Below, in pieces: positions 25,301-34,380 of a DNA stretch of 64,000 nt. Position 1 is the stretch's first letter. Every line of letters begins with the position of its first letter. A program made the translations under genes and the position numbers. Under the pieces are notes generated by a model, which was given only the letters and a program-made list of their open reading frames with translations, did no database searches and was not told the origin of the DNA. This DNA is from Candidatus Lindowbacteria bacterium RIFCSPLOWO2_12_FULL_62_27 (GTDB lineage Bacteria > Lindowbacteria > 2-12-FULL-62-27), in assembly GCA_001784175.1 (NCBI GenBank), contig MFPR01000020.1, forward strand, positions 62,001-126,000. Direction: 5' to 3'.

Positions 25301-27745
25301 CAGATGCCCGACTTCAGACACCTGGCCGATGCTGAAGGTGGCGATGCCGGTGTCGCCGAATCCGTCGGGGATTTCGGGCCGCCACTGGTTCTGGCTGATG
25401 CCGAGCTGGTCGATGAGGCCGGCGTCCTCGAAATCGGCGAGGATGGCGACGCCCCGCGTGTTGAAGTTGAACCGGCTGGTGGCGTTCTCAAACTGGATGC
25501 CCAGGCTGAACCGGTCGAGCAGTTTGGGCGGCGTGAACCAGTTGCCGAGCCAGTTCTTGGTCATGCCGAGGGGATTGAAGCTGACCGAGAAGTCCGAGAT
25601 GTCGATCTTCTTCGGCTCTTCGCCGACCCTCGGCTTTTCCGCCGGCTTTTCGTCGAAGTTCGACACGAAGGTTGCCGCCCAGTTGATGTTGGGCGACACG
25701 TCCATGTAGAGGCTCGTACCGATCAGCGTCTGGTTGGACCGCTGCGTGAACGGGAAATATTCGTAGTCGACCACGATCAGGCTCTTGGACGTGATCAGGT
25801 CGGGCCGGAGGAACTGGAGGAATCCCGAGGTGTAATCCAGAAAATAGTCCTGGTCGCGGATCATCCGGGTGCCGTCCACCGTGATGATCTCGCTGTTTTT
25901 GACGATGCTCGGATTGAGCAGATACACATTGGTTTTCTGTATGTACTCGACGTGGATTTTGTATTTCTGCGTCGGGATGTTGGACGTGTAAATCTGCGGG
26001 TTGGACAGATCCGCCCGCCCGGCCAGCCCGAGGGCCGCGAGCGTCGCGTCCTCCGCGATGAACGGCGTCGAGTCGGGAAACCGGAGAATGCCGAAATCGA
26101 AATCGACGTTCTTCTCGTCCACGCGCCCGTCCCCGTTCTGGTCCAGCCCGAAGATCTGGTTGTAGGGCACGTCCGGCGTGCGCTCGGCGTCGCTGTCCTT
26201 GTCAAACCCCGGGTTATTGTTGAGGTCCCGGATCTGAACGATGAAGTCGGGGTCATTCCGGATGATGTTGTTCGATCCGAGGGCATACCGGTTCTTCAGC
26301 TCGTAGACCCGGTAACTGTCCGTCACGTTCTCGTTCTTGATCATGCTGTCGGTCACGACTGTGCCATCGGCGGCGGTGAAAGAGACGGAGAGGACGGCGT
26401 TGCCGGACACCGGCGTTTTGAACTGGACGATGCCGAGCTGGTAGTCGATGAAGTAGTCCTGGCCGGTCACCAGGGGATCGAAATCTCCGGCGAAGGTGTC
26501 GGCGCCCTGGCCGAAGATTGTTTTCTTGACGGTATTGGCCGTGTTCGTGGCGAGGTTCCGGTCGTCCCGGAAAAGCCTTTCCGATCCCACCTTGATCGAC
26601 AGTTTCGTCGCCCGGACCGCCTCCGGCAGATCGCCCAGCAGGTCATAGTAGGTTCTGGCGAGGAAGATAATGTCGGAGATGTCGCGGACGACGAGGGAGT
26701 TCTGCCCGGAGAATTCGCGGTGCGCGCTGATGCCCTTGGTCTGGGTGGCCACGAACCGCGAGCGGAACTGTCGGGCGCGAAAGACGTCGAAGAAGTGGAA
26801 GTCGTCGAAGGTCAGCGCGGCGGTGATGCCGAAGAGTCCCTTGTTGTAAAAGGCGTAGGAGGTCCCCTCCAGAAGAAGGTTCACGTCGCCGAACTCGGCG
26901 ACGGGCGACATGGCGCCGAGCGGCGTCTGGAATTTTTTGGGCGACCCATTCGCTTCCTTGGGCTCAAACTTGATCGTGATCGCCTGCGCCTGGTTTTTGT
27001 CGCCCTCGGCGTCGTCGAAATGGACGCCGACCGTGAGCGCCTCCTGGAACTGAAAGGCGACGCCCCCGCCGATCTGGATCTGGAGCTGCTGGTCGACGCG
27101 GACGTCCTTCGAGTTCTTGCGCACTTCGGTCGGTTTCTTGTAGCGCGTCGAGTTGGCGGTCCATCCGATGAATTTACGCCCCCGGACCGACAGCGATGAC
27201 ATTCCCTTACCCCCGAACGGCAGTGTCTTGGTGTACGACCGCTCTCCAAATATGCCGAGCGTCGGCTCCTCCCCCGCCGATTCCGGCGGTTCCGTCATCA
27301 GGCCGGGCAGGGAGCGCGCGCCAAGCGAGATGGAGGAGAGCTTGTCCCGGATCAGCGGCTTGGGTCCGGTGATCAGGTGGGGCTGGGTGACCTCGAGGAG
27401 CTGCCGGACGTCCACCCGCACGCCGCGGATGGTTTCGTATTGCCGCACCACCGCCAGGCCGTCGGAGTAGGACTGCAGACGCTTCTCGCTCCACTTGGAG
27501 CGCTCCGCGTCGTCCGCGCTCTCCTGGAACAGCGCGTCGTACAGGTGGTAGGCCCGGAAGTAGTTCATCGCGGCCAGACCAAACTCCCCCTCCAGTTCCG
27601 CCTTCCGGCCGTTGGACCACATTCCCTGCGCCAGAAGCTCCCTGGAGAAAGACGCCGTCTGTTCGACGGCCGAGACTGCGGCCGGCGCGAGGAGAATCGC
27701 GAGCACGGCCAGCGCCTGATACAGCGTTTGAGTTCTTGCTCTCAT
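22304..27745 (-). CDS. SprA/Sov-like very large outer-membrane beta-barrel protein (1813 aa)
   Basis: Signal peptide; SprA-like segments VDQQLQIQIGG, NSEIITVDG...DYFLDYTSGFLQF, DFSKKTFLEFWV, TEDKNAD..EDGG..LDSED, WRRYRV; C-terminal amphipathic strands ending in Phe. Confidence 0.75.
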   Translation of the reverse strand: MRARTQTLYQALAVLAILLAPAAVSAVEQTASFSRELLAQGMWSNGRKAELEGEFGLAAMNYFRAYHLYDALFQESADDAERSKWSEKRLQSYSDGLAVVRQYETIRGVRVDVRQLLEVTQPHLITGPKPLIRDKLSSISLGARSLPGLMTEPPESAGEEPTLGIFGERSYTKTLPFGGKGMSSLSVRGRKFIGWTANSTRYKKPTEVRKNSKDVRVDQQLQIQIGGGVAFQFQEALTVGVHFDDAEGDKNQAQAITIKFEPKEANGSPKKFQTPLGAMSPVAEFGDVNLLLEGTSYAFYNKGLFGITAALTFDDFHFFDVFRARQFRSRFVATQTKGISAHREFSGQNSLVVRDISDIIFLARTYYDLLGDLPEAVRATKLSIKVGSERLFRDDRNLATNTANTVKKTIFGQGADTFAGDFDPLVTGQDYFIDYQLGIVQFKTPVSGNAVLSVSFTAADGTVVTDSMIKNENVTDSYRVYELKNRYALGSNNIIRNDPDFIVQIRDLNNNPGFDKDSDAERTPDVPYNQIFGLDQNGDGRVDEKNVDFDFGILRFPDSTPFIAEDATLAALGLAGRADLSNPQIYTSNIPTQKYKIHVEYIQKTNVYLLNPSIVKNSEIITVDGTRMIRDQDYFLDYTSGFLQFLRPDLITSKSLIVVDYEYFPFTQRSNQTLIGTSLYMDVSPNINWAATFVSNFDEKPAEKPRVGEEPKKIDISDFSVSFNPLGMTKNWLGNWFTPPKLLDRFSLGIQFENATSRFNFNTRGVAILADFEDAGLIDQLGISQNQWRPEIPDGFGDTGIATFSIGQVSEVGHLDGLPNVSSQDLRNQSSLSVGYTFNAEDTYVAISFHISDVAQDFSKKTFLEFWVRDDNYPDVTLDVGILNEDADGDGLETEDKNADNLLNSGEDGGIVLAGIPVGSGNGILDSEDRDRDGTLDVDQAFFRTRLNTDSSIAEITFFPENKWRRYRVFLGTLLAAGGATEAAGLAVGSTQKPDAKVIKDIRLIFTKTGLAAGTTGTILVNDISIRGVSWEDDNFNDTQTFTVGVVSKRTDPNFDAPPVLAADVQALDAKALSISYASRTGQNVTKFLPLNDLRLSLYRNMSYWYRNGLAGQVPTNAGDTFIFRFGPDAANFFEIADTLTASTDWVERTVSLDQIELDLVKLNQDTKPPFNVTVNGVRVFGSPTLDRVRFMGAGVNSNGNSGQIFLDEIIIKDIEEEKGTANKSSFSSTLFDNLMTLNGSQEIVDNTFRPVGRINYGGVSDYVTEDRKSEAYNGSVKVSKLLFLDRLLKLEIPANFTKNKSKTFVNPDLVENLKRTEIGHRSAQGQTLGFSVTRGPKWPSFSANWGKQEEDVNQKTFVSRQENTDRSYSTSYGQSFNRKILWFIPIGRSFDYTTGFSRGTSVRDRDILLGTEKNSFQKSQSDNVSLSVHYIITRWFDWSFTLNQSLSRQTLSETAPLRESGRGRGYGWSWPLPTFIGLTPSLNWNFNFSESFNNESEFKSIQSSGNFGASIGIAPEKWWRRLKFFTISYAYSVGGSAAYQNLPERFGLAAVFDDFYKNIFLFWKGGKLEVTSDTLALLRNSASTSRSHSFGGSIKIWESLSTTYSSGFSASEVQSLNSVEVSDAFSFNLNNTWDLKRASRLFKGPNSAALTYGYAFSSSVTRTTQSRNITNNVSWPVSWTDRFRTSLSYAFNFSDAKDRLSFSKNAGQNSAYSMSYLISNPFKMTSFTGNLLRFQNRLELTSGMNWAANERELDGAKKDDNMSYGSTLGLNYDIRENFRVNGTFGYNVTSNEITPDDDRSVTSFAATAELRF

Positions 27746-27775
27746 TATCACACCGAAGTTATACTTGATGTATAT

Positions 27776-28831
27776 ATGCAAATCTTATACCGGTACATTT
27801 TCCATCGGGCGGCCGTCGCCTCCCTATTTGTCGTAACGACTTGTGTGGTAATCGCTTCTCTCATTAACCTTTTCGACATTCTGGACGAGGTTGTGAAGCA
27901 GAATGTCGGACTGGATATTCTCTTTCGATATCTCGGAATCAATTGCGCGCCGCGGATGATGGATCTGTTGAACGTGATGATGATTCTGGCGGGATTGTTT
28001 ACGATGGGTGAGCTGGGCCGCCGCCTGGAACTGGTTTCAATGCGGGCCGCGGGGCTGAGCGACGGCAGGCTTCTTCAGCCGGTGGTGTGGCTGGCCGGCA
28101 TTTTATTTGTCGTGATTCTTGGCGGCTCACTCGAAGCGATCCCGAAGTTGCAGAAGGAAGGAGACCGATTGAAGGGGATTTTGCGGACCGGCAAGGTGAT
28201 GGAGCCGCAGGCGGCGCCATTTTTTGTGCAGATGGGCGGCACGGCCCTGCAGGCGTCCGGATACTGGCCGGACCGGCGGGAGATGCTGCAGGTCCGGCTG
28301 GTGCGGTTTGAGGGAGACCGGGTGTCGGAAATCCATCAGGCCGAGCGGCTCATCCGGTCCGGCCGGCAATGGGACCTCGTCGCCGGCGTCTACCGGAAAA
28401 TGGATCCGCCCACCGGCCAGGTCATGAAATACGAGCCGTTCGCGCGCAAGCCCTTTCCGGCCGGATATGCCACGCCGGAGGAATTGCTGTTCGAAATGCG
28501 GAACCGGAAAAACATGGTGTCTTGGATGAGTTTCACGCAACTCATGTCCGAGCGGACATTTCTGGCGCGGCAGGAGATTCACAAGCGAGTCGCGCTGGCG
28601 ATGTCGACGGCGATTGGTCTTTGCGTGGGCGCGTGGTTTGGCGTGAAGATGCAGCGATTCAACGCCGCGCGGGCCATCTGTCTTGCGATCCTGATCGGAT
28701 TCGCCTACCGGCTGATTTTTGACGGATGTCTGGCGCTGGGCGTGGAACTCGGAGCGTCCTGGGTGTGCCATGGCGCGAATCTCATCCTGATCGGCGTGGC
28801 GCCTTTCTCGCGATTCTTGACGGCCACGTAG
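27776..28831 (+). CDS. LptF/LptG family LPS export permease
   Basis: MQILYRYI start, ELVSMRAAGLS motif, TM / periplasmic beta-domain / TM layout, ..GANL near the C-terminus. Confidence 0.85.
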   Translation: MQILYRYIFHRAAVASLFVVTTCVVIASLINLFDILDEVVKQNVGLDILFRYLGINCAPRMMDLLNVMMILAGLFTMGELGRRLELVSMRAAGLSDGRLLQPVVWLAGILFVVILGGSLEAIPKLQKEGDRLKGILRTGKVMEPQAAPFFVQMGGTALQASGYWPDRREMLQVRLVRFEGDRVSEIHQAERLIRSGRQWDLVAGVYRKMDPPTGQVMKYEPFARKPFPAGYATPEELLFEMRNRKNMVSWMSFTQLMSERTFLARQEIHKRVALAMSTAIGLCVGAWFGVKMQRFNAARAICLAILIGFAYRLIFDGCLALGVELGASWVCHGANLILIGVAPFSRFLTAT

Positions 28832-28851
28832 ACCCGTAGGATAGTGGAGCG

Positions 28852-29472
28852 ATGAGAGAGACAGCGTATCGGCAGATCCGGGACGCCGGGGAGAAACTCC
28901 TGGCGCTTGGCATCAACACGACGCATTCCGGAAACGTCAGCGTCCGGAGCGAAACGGAAATCTTCATCACCCGGACCGGCTCCCGGCTGGATCGGCTGGC
29001 GGAGTCGGACGTGATTTCGGTCGGCTTGAACGAGGAAGGCAAGGGCATCGCGTCCGTCGAGCTGCCGATGCACCGCGCCATCTATCAGAACACGCCCGCG
29101 AAGGCCATTCTCCACGCGCACCCGCCGTACACGATCGTGTTTTCCCTCATGGAGGATTCGATTTTCCCGGTGGACAATGAGGCGTTCCTGTTTCTGGGCG
29201 AGATTCCCATCCTCAAGCCCAAAGAGGTGTCAGGGTCGGCCGAGACCGGAAATCTGCTGGCGACGGCGTTCAACCGGGGCACGCACATCACCGTGATCCG
29301 GGGACACGGCAGTTTCGCCGCCGGCGAGAATCTGGAGGAGGCGCTGCACTGGACATCCACGCTCGAGCGCGCCTGCCAGATGGGGTATCTCCTCCGGACG
29401 CTCTCCGAGTTCCGGTACCGGGAGATCATCCGGGCGCGCCGGGATGAGATTCGGAAACAAAAACGCAAGTAA
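28852..29472 (+). CDS. Class II aldolase/adducin family protein
   Basis: SGNVS, ITRTG, SVELPMHRAIY, HAHP, GHG metal-binding motifs. Confidence 0.9.
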   Translation: MRETAYRQIRDAGEKLLALGINTTHSGNVSVRSETEIFITRTGSRLDRLAESDVISVGLNEEGKGIASVELPMHRAIYQNTPAKAILHAHPPYTIVFSLMEDSIFPVDNEAFLFLGEIPILKPKEVSGSAETGNLLATAFNRGTHITVIRGHGSFAAGENLEEALHWTSTLERACQMGYLLRTLSEFRYREIIRARRDEIRKQKRK

Positions 29473-30351
29473 TTGGACTGGCTCCTCGTTAATCTGGCCT
29501 CCCGATCGGGCCGCGTCCAGTCGCAACTGGACGGCGTCCGGTCCCAGTTCAAGGCGCACGGAGTGGAGGTGGCCGAAAAGGCCGCGTCCACCATGCCGGA
29601 ACTTCAGGACATCGCGCTCAAGGCGGTCCAGTCCGGCGCGGACCGGCTGTGGGTGTTGGGCGGAGACGGCACGCTGGCCGCCGCCGCGACGCATCTTTGC
29701 TATTCGCCGACCGTGCTGTGCGCGCTGCCCGGCGGCACCGCCAACGTCTTCTGCCGGGAGATGGCCATTCCCTTGGACGCGCCGGCGGCCGTCCCTGCAC
29801 TGTTGTCAGGAAGGCTCATGACGATCGACGTGGGGGAAGTGGACGGGATTAAATTTTTGCTGATGGCAAGCGTCGGGCTGGACGCGCAGGCTGTGAGGGA
29901 CGTGAATGTGGGGCTCAAGCAAAGGGTGGGACCGCTGGCCTATGTGATCGAGGGCGTCCGGAAACTGTTTTCGTTCGGCTCGCCGCGGCTTACTGTGACG
30001 GACGAGCACGACATCGAGCATCATGGATACCATGTCGCGGTCCAGAACGCGCGGTTGTACGGCGGATCGATCGAAATGGCGCCAAAGGCGAAACTGGACG
30101 ACGGGCGGTTCGATGTGGTGCTCCTGAAAAAACCGGGCCGGCTGGCGATTCTTCGTTTTTTGTGGGCTGCGGCCGCCGGCCGGCATGTCCGGCTGCCCCA
30201 TGTCGAGTATTTCCGTTCGCACAGCGTGCGGATTCACAGCGCGACGGAGCTGTCGCTGCAGGCCGACGGAGATTGTCTCACGAAACTGCCGGCCACCGTT
30301 TCTATATTGCCGAGAGCACTGAAAGTTCAGTCAGCCCGCAGCCAGGCGTGA
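29473..30351 (+). CDS. Diacylglycerol kinase family lipid kinase
   Basis: GGDGT, PGGTANVF, SVGLDA, ADGD. Confidence 0.9.
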   Translation: MDWLLVNLASRSGRVQSQLDGVRSQFKAHGVEVAEKAASTMPELQDIALKAVQSGADRLWVLGGDGTLAAAATHLCYSPTVLCALPGGTANVFCREMAIPLDAPAAVPALLSGRLMTIDVGEVDGIKFLLMASVGLDAQAVRDVNVGLKQRVGPLAYVIEGVRKLFSFGSPRLTVTDEHDIEHHGYHVAVQNARLYGGSIEMAPKAKLDDGRFDVVLLKKPGRLAILRFLWAAAAGRHVRLPHVEYFRSHSVRIHSATELSLQADGDCLTKLPATVSILPRALKVQSARSQA

Positions 30352-31394
30352 TGAGCGGCCGGATTCCGGAAATCATGAAGGCGGCGATTCTGCATGCGCC
30401 GCTCGACCTTCGGTATGAAACTGTTCCGGTTCCGGCTTTTTCCGACGGTGAGATACTGATCCGGGTGCGCGCCGCCCTCACGTGCGGGACCGACCAGAAG
30501 GCGTATTTGCGGGGCCATCCGAAGATCCGGATTCCGGGCGCGCTGGGCCACGAGTTTTCCGGTGAAGTGGCCGCGGCAGGGCGCGCCGTTCAGAACGTGC
30601 GGGTCGGCGACCGGGTGGCGTGCGTGCATACGGCGCCCTGCGGCGAATGTTTTTTTTGCGGCAAGCGCCAGCCGAACTTGTGCGAGACGCTGACGGACCG
30701 GATGGCCTACGGGGCCTACGCGGAATACATCCGGATTCCCGAGCATGTGCACCGGCAGAATTGCCTGCCGCTGCCGCCGGGTCTGACGCATGAAGCGGCG
30801 GCGCTGACGGAGCCGCTGGCCTGCTGCGTGTACGGGATGAAGCAGGTGAATGTGCGTGAAGGCGAAACCGTCCTGATTCTGGGCGACGGCCCGGTGGCGC
30901 TGATGATGGTCGCGCTCGCGCGTCTTCGCGGCGCCCACAGCGTGGCGGTGGCGGGCCGGCACAAGGCGCGGCTGGACGTGGCAGCGGCGGCAGGCGCGCA
31001 GCGAGTGTTCGGGGAACAGTCGGCGGCCTCAGAGATTCTGGATTTTTTCCGGCCTCGCGGCCCGGATGTGGTTCTCGAGTGCGTTGGAAACCCGGATACG
31101 TGGAGACTCGCGCTGTCGCTGGTCCGCCCGGGCGGCCGTATTCTTCTGTTTGGCGGCTGTCCGCCGGGCGTTGAAGTGCCGATCGACGCGGGAAAAATTC
31201 ATTATGGGCATCTTGCGATTTACGGCACATTCCATTTCACGCCGGTGGAGGTCCGGGAGGCGCTCAATCTTCTGGAAAGCGGTTCCATCCCGGTGTACCC
31301 GCTGATCACCGCCCGCGTGCCGCTGTCCGACATCCCCCGATACTTTTCGGCGGACGCGCCGAAGGATTACCTGAAAGTCGCGTTCATTCCCTGA
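30351..31394 (+). CDS. Zinc-dependent medium-chain dehydrogenase
   Basis: CGTD, GHEFSG, CGECFFC...C structural Zn site, EPLACC. Confidence 0.9.
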   Translation: MSGRIPEIMKAAILHAPLDLRYETVPVPAFSDGEILIRVRAALTCGTDQKAYLRGHPKIRIPGALGHEFSGEVAAAGRAVQNVRVGDRVACVHTAPCGECFFCGKRQPNLCETLTDRMAYGAYAEYIRIPEHVHRQNCLPLPPGLTHEAAALTEPLACCVYGMKQVNVREGETVLILGDGPVALMMVALARLRGAHSVAVAGRHKARLDVAAAAGAQRVFGEQSAASEILDFFRPRGPDVVLECVGNPDTWRLALSLVRPGGRILLFGGCPPGVEVPIDAGKIHYGHLAIYGTFHFTPVEVREALNLLESGSIPVYPLITARVPLSDIPRYFSADAPKDYLKVAFIP

Positions 31395-31395
31395 C

Positions 31396-32418
31396 ATGAA
31401 ACTCGCACGTTGCTATTCTTTCAATGACGTCCGCGTGGAAGACGCGCCGCCGCCGAGGATCGGCCCGGGGGAGGCGCTCGTGAAGGTCAGCATCTGCGGC
31501 GTCTGCACCGGCGAGGCGATGCCGTGGTATGTCAACCGCAAGTGCCCGACGGTGCTCGGGCACGAGCCGGTGGGGATCATCCAGCGGGTCGGCGCGGGCG
31601 TCACGGGTTTCAGGCCGGGAGACCGCGTTTTTTTCCATCACCACACGTCCTGCGGCCGGTGCGTGGAATGCCGGCGGGGCCATCGGACGCTGTGCCGGGA
31701 ATTCCACGAAACGCGGCTCGATCCCGGCGGGTTCTCCGAATTCGTGCGGATCCCGAAACTCAATCTTCAAAAAGACACATTGAAACTGCCGAAATCGGTA
31801 ACGGATGAGCGGGGCGTTTTGATCGAGCCACTGGCCTGCAGCGTGCACGCCGTGCGGCGACTCAACCTGAACGCCGGCGATACGGTGCTTGTGATCGGCG
31901 CCGGCGTCATGGGCCTCTTGAACATTCAGGCTGCGAAACTCTTCGGCGCGCGGAAGGTCCTGGCGTGCGATCTTTTGCCGGAACGCCGCCGTGCGGCGCT
32001 GCGGTATGGCGCGTCAGCGGCGTTCGCACCGTCCCTCGCGCGGTTGCGTTCTGAAACGGCCGGCCGTGGCGCCGATTGCGTGATCGTCGGCCCGCCGCGT
32101 CCGGAGGCGCTCGAATTCGGCCTCGCCGCCGCCTCGCCCGGCGGCACGGTCCAGCTTTTCGGTCCGATGCCGCCGGGTTCGCGTACCCGGGTCGAGTTCC
32201 ATGATCTCTATTTCAGAGAGCAGTCCATCACCACAAGTTATTCCTGTGACGCCAGCGACACTCGCGCGGCCCTGCGCCTTTTGGCGGCCGGGAAAATAAA
32301 AACGCGTGGATTGATCACGCACCGATTCAGTCTCGGCGGCGTCGGCATGGCGCTCAAGAAAACATTCAGGGGGAGCGGAAATTTCCTAAAAGCGGCCGTG
32401 TATCCTCACCGGGACTGA
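31396..32418 (+). CDS. Zinc-dependent medium-chain dehydrogenase
   Basis: GHEPVG, CGRCVEC...C, EPLACS, GAGVMG. Confidence 0.9.
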   Translation: MKLARCYSFNDVRVEDAPPPRIGPGEALVKVSICGVCTGEAMPWYVNRKCPTVLGHEPVGIIQRVGAGVTGFRPGDRVFFHHHTSCGRCVECRRGHRTLCREFHETRLDPGGFSEFVRIPKLNLQKDTLKLPKSVTDERGVLIEPLACSVHAVRRLNLNAGDTVLVIGAGVMGLLNIQAAKLFGARKVLACDLLPERRRAALRYGASAAFAPSLARLRSETAGRGADCVIVGPPRPEALEFGLAAASPGGTVQLFGPMPPGSRTRVEFHDLYFREQSITTSYSCDASDTRAALRLLAAGKIKTRGLITHRFSLGGVGMALKKTFRGSGNFLKAAVYPHRD

Positions 32419-32458
32419 TTTTTTCCGGCAGATTTTCGCATAAGGGCCAAGTAGCTGA

Positions 32459-32566
32459 TCCCCTCTCCCCCGAAGGGGGAGAGGGTTAGGGTGAGGGGGT
32501 CCCTCGGCGCCGGAAATGGCCACCCTCACCCCAGCCCTCTCCCGCCAGAGGCGGGAGAGGGGGAAA
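32459..32566 (-). repeat. Bipartite REP-like element, family A copy 3 (inverted)
   Basis: Reverse complement ccctctcccgcctctggcgggagagggctggggtgagggtgg...ccctcaccctaaccctctcccccttcgggggagagggga. Confidence 0.85.
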
Positions 32567-32593
32567 ATCACAGTAATCTTAGCGGCCATGATC

Positions 32594-33133
32594 CTAAAAC
32601 AGCCTGCGGGCCTTTCGCGCCGTGATGATCTCCGTGTTCATGCCGACCCAGTGGAGGCTGCCGTTGTATCGGCCATGCTCCATTTTCACGCACTTGTCCA
32701 TGACGACGTCGAGTCCGGCGGCCTCGGCCGCCTGCGCTGCATGTTCATTTACGATGCGAAGCTGAAACCAGACCGTTTTGGCTTTTTTTTCGATCGCCTG
32801 TTGGACGATTTCATCGCATTCCTCCGGCCTGCGGAAAACTTCAACGAGATCGATGGGGTGCGGGATCGACCGGACGTCCGGGTAGGCTTTCTCGCCGAGA
32901 ATCTCCTTCGCCTTCGGATTGACCGGAATAATCCGGTAGCCCTCGTACTTCAGGTACGACGCGACGAAGTAACTGGGGCGCTGCCCGTCGGAGGAGAGGC
33001 CGACCATGGCGATGGTTTTCGATTCGGCGAGAATTCTTCGGATGAGGGACGGGTTCTGGTACCGGTCCTGCAGGTGTTTCGGCAGAATGGAATTTAGCGA
33101 GATGTCGCAAGCAAGGCTTGATCCAGATCCCAT
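32594..33133 (-). CDS. CoA-binding protein (YccU-like)
   Basis: TIAMVGLS, RPSYFVASYL, IIPVNP, VVMDKCVKMEH; start uncertain (overlaps the metY 3' end). Confidence 0.85.
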   Translation of the reverse strand: MGSGSSLACDISLNSILPKHLQDRYQNPSLIRRILAESKTIAMVGLSSDGQRPSYFVASYLKYEGYRIIPVNPKAKEILGEKAYPDVRSIPHPIDLVEVFRRPEECDEIVQQAIEKKAKTVWFQLRIVNEHAAQAAEAAGLDVVMDKCVKMEHGRYNGSLHWVGMNTEIITARKARRLF

Positions 33134-34380
33134 AGCAGATCCTCCAGAGTTTCCAGGCCGATGGACAGCCGGATGAGTTCGGGTCCCACGCCGCATTTTT
33201 GCAATTCCTCGTCCGAGAGCTGCTGGTGCGTGGTGGACGCCGGGTGAATGACGAGGCTCTTGGCGTCGCCGACGTTGGCGAGATGGGAAAAAATCTGCAG
33301 CGCTTCGATGAATTTCTTCCCGGCCTCGCGCCCGCCCCGGACGCCGAACGCAAACACCGCACCGGGGCCCTTCGGCGTGTATTTCTTCGCGAGCGCGTGA
33401 TAGGGGCTGTCCGGCAAGCCGGCGTACGACACCCACTCGACCTTTGGATGGCTCTTCAGAAATTGCGCGACCGCCAGCGCATTCTGGACATGCCGCTCCA
33501 TCCGGAGGGACAGCGTTTCGAGTCCCTGGATGAGGAGAAACGAATTGAAGGGCGAGATGCAGGCCCCCACGTCCCGGAGCGTTTCCGCGCGGGCTTTCAT
33601 GAGGAATCCGTAGTGGCCGAACGTCTCGTAAAATTTGAGATTGTGGTACGAAGGCGACGGATCGGAGACGGTCGGGTAATGGCTGTAATCAAAATTGCCG
33701 GACTCCAGGAGCGCTCCGGCGATGGACGTGCCGTGCCCGCCGATGAACTTGGTCGCCGAGTGGACCACGATCGTCGCGCCGAAATCGATCGGGCGGCACA
33801 GCCAGGGCGTCGCGAAGGTGTTGTCGACGATCAGCGGGATGCGCCGCGCTTTGGCGATCTCCGCCGCCGCCTCAATGTCGAGGATGCTGCCCCGGGGATT
33901 GCCGATGGTTTCCCCGTAGAGTGCGCGGGTCTTCGGCGTCAACGCGCGTTCAAAATTTTTCGGGTCTGTCGGATCGACAAAGTGGGCTTTGACGCAGAGT
34001 TTTCTCAGCGTATGGGAGAACTGGGTGTAGGTGCCGCCGTAGAGGTGGGCCGAGGCGACGATTTCGTCTTCGGGCTGAAGGAGCGTCGCCAGCGCGATGA
34101 ACTGGGCGGCCTGGCCGCTGGCGGTGGCGAGGCATCCGGTTGCGTTTTCAAGGGACGCGAGCCGCTCCTCGAACACGGCCGTGGTCGGGTTCATGATGCG
34201 CGTGTAGATGTTGCCGTACTGTTTGAGCTCGAAGAGTTGGGCGGCGAAATCGGTGTCGTCGAAGACGTAGGAGGTCGTCTGGTAGATCGGGACCGCGCGG
34301 GCGCCGGTGACGGCGTCCGGGATATGGCCCGCGTGGAGCATGCGGGTCTCGAACCCGAACGCGCGTTTGGACTCGTTCAT
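33094..34380 (-). CDS. metY: O-acetylhomoserine aminocarboxypropyltransferase (sulfhydrylase)
   Basis: [27 protein letters not shown] (PLP Lys), ANVGDAKSL. Confidence 0.95.
   Translation of the reverse strand: MNESKRAFGFETRMLHAGHIPDAVTGARAVPIYQTTSYVFDDTDFAAQLFELKQYGNIYTRIMNPTTAVFEERLASLENATGCLATASGQAAQFIALATLLQPEDEIVASAHLYGGTYTQFSHTLRKLCVKAHFVDPTDPKNFERALTPKTRALYGETIGNPRGSILDIEAAAEIAKARRIPLIVDNTFATPWLCRPIDFGATIVVHSATKFIGGHGTSIAGALLESGNFDYSHYPTVSDPSPSYHNLKFYETFGHYGFLMKARAETLRDVGACISPFNSFLLIQGLETLSLRMERHVQNALAVAQFLKSHPKVEWVSYAGLPDSPYHALAKKYTPKGPGAVFAFGVRGGREAGKKFIEALQIFSHLANVGDAKSLVIHPASTTHQQLSDEELQKCGVGPELIRLSIGLETLEDLLWDLDQALLATSR

Noticed and set aside
22538-27199. Long plus-strand ORFs (800 aa, 631 aa) opposite the SprA-like gene
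   Set aside because: Antisense shadows typical of high-GC codon usage; no recognisable motifs
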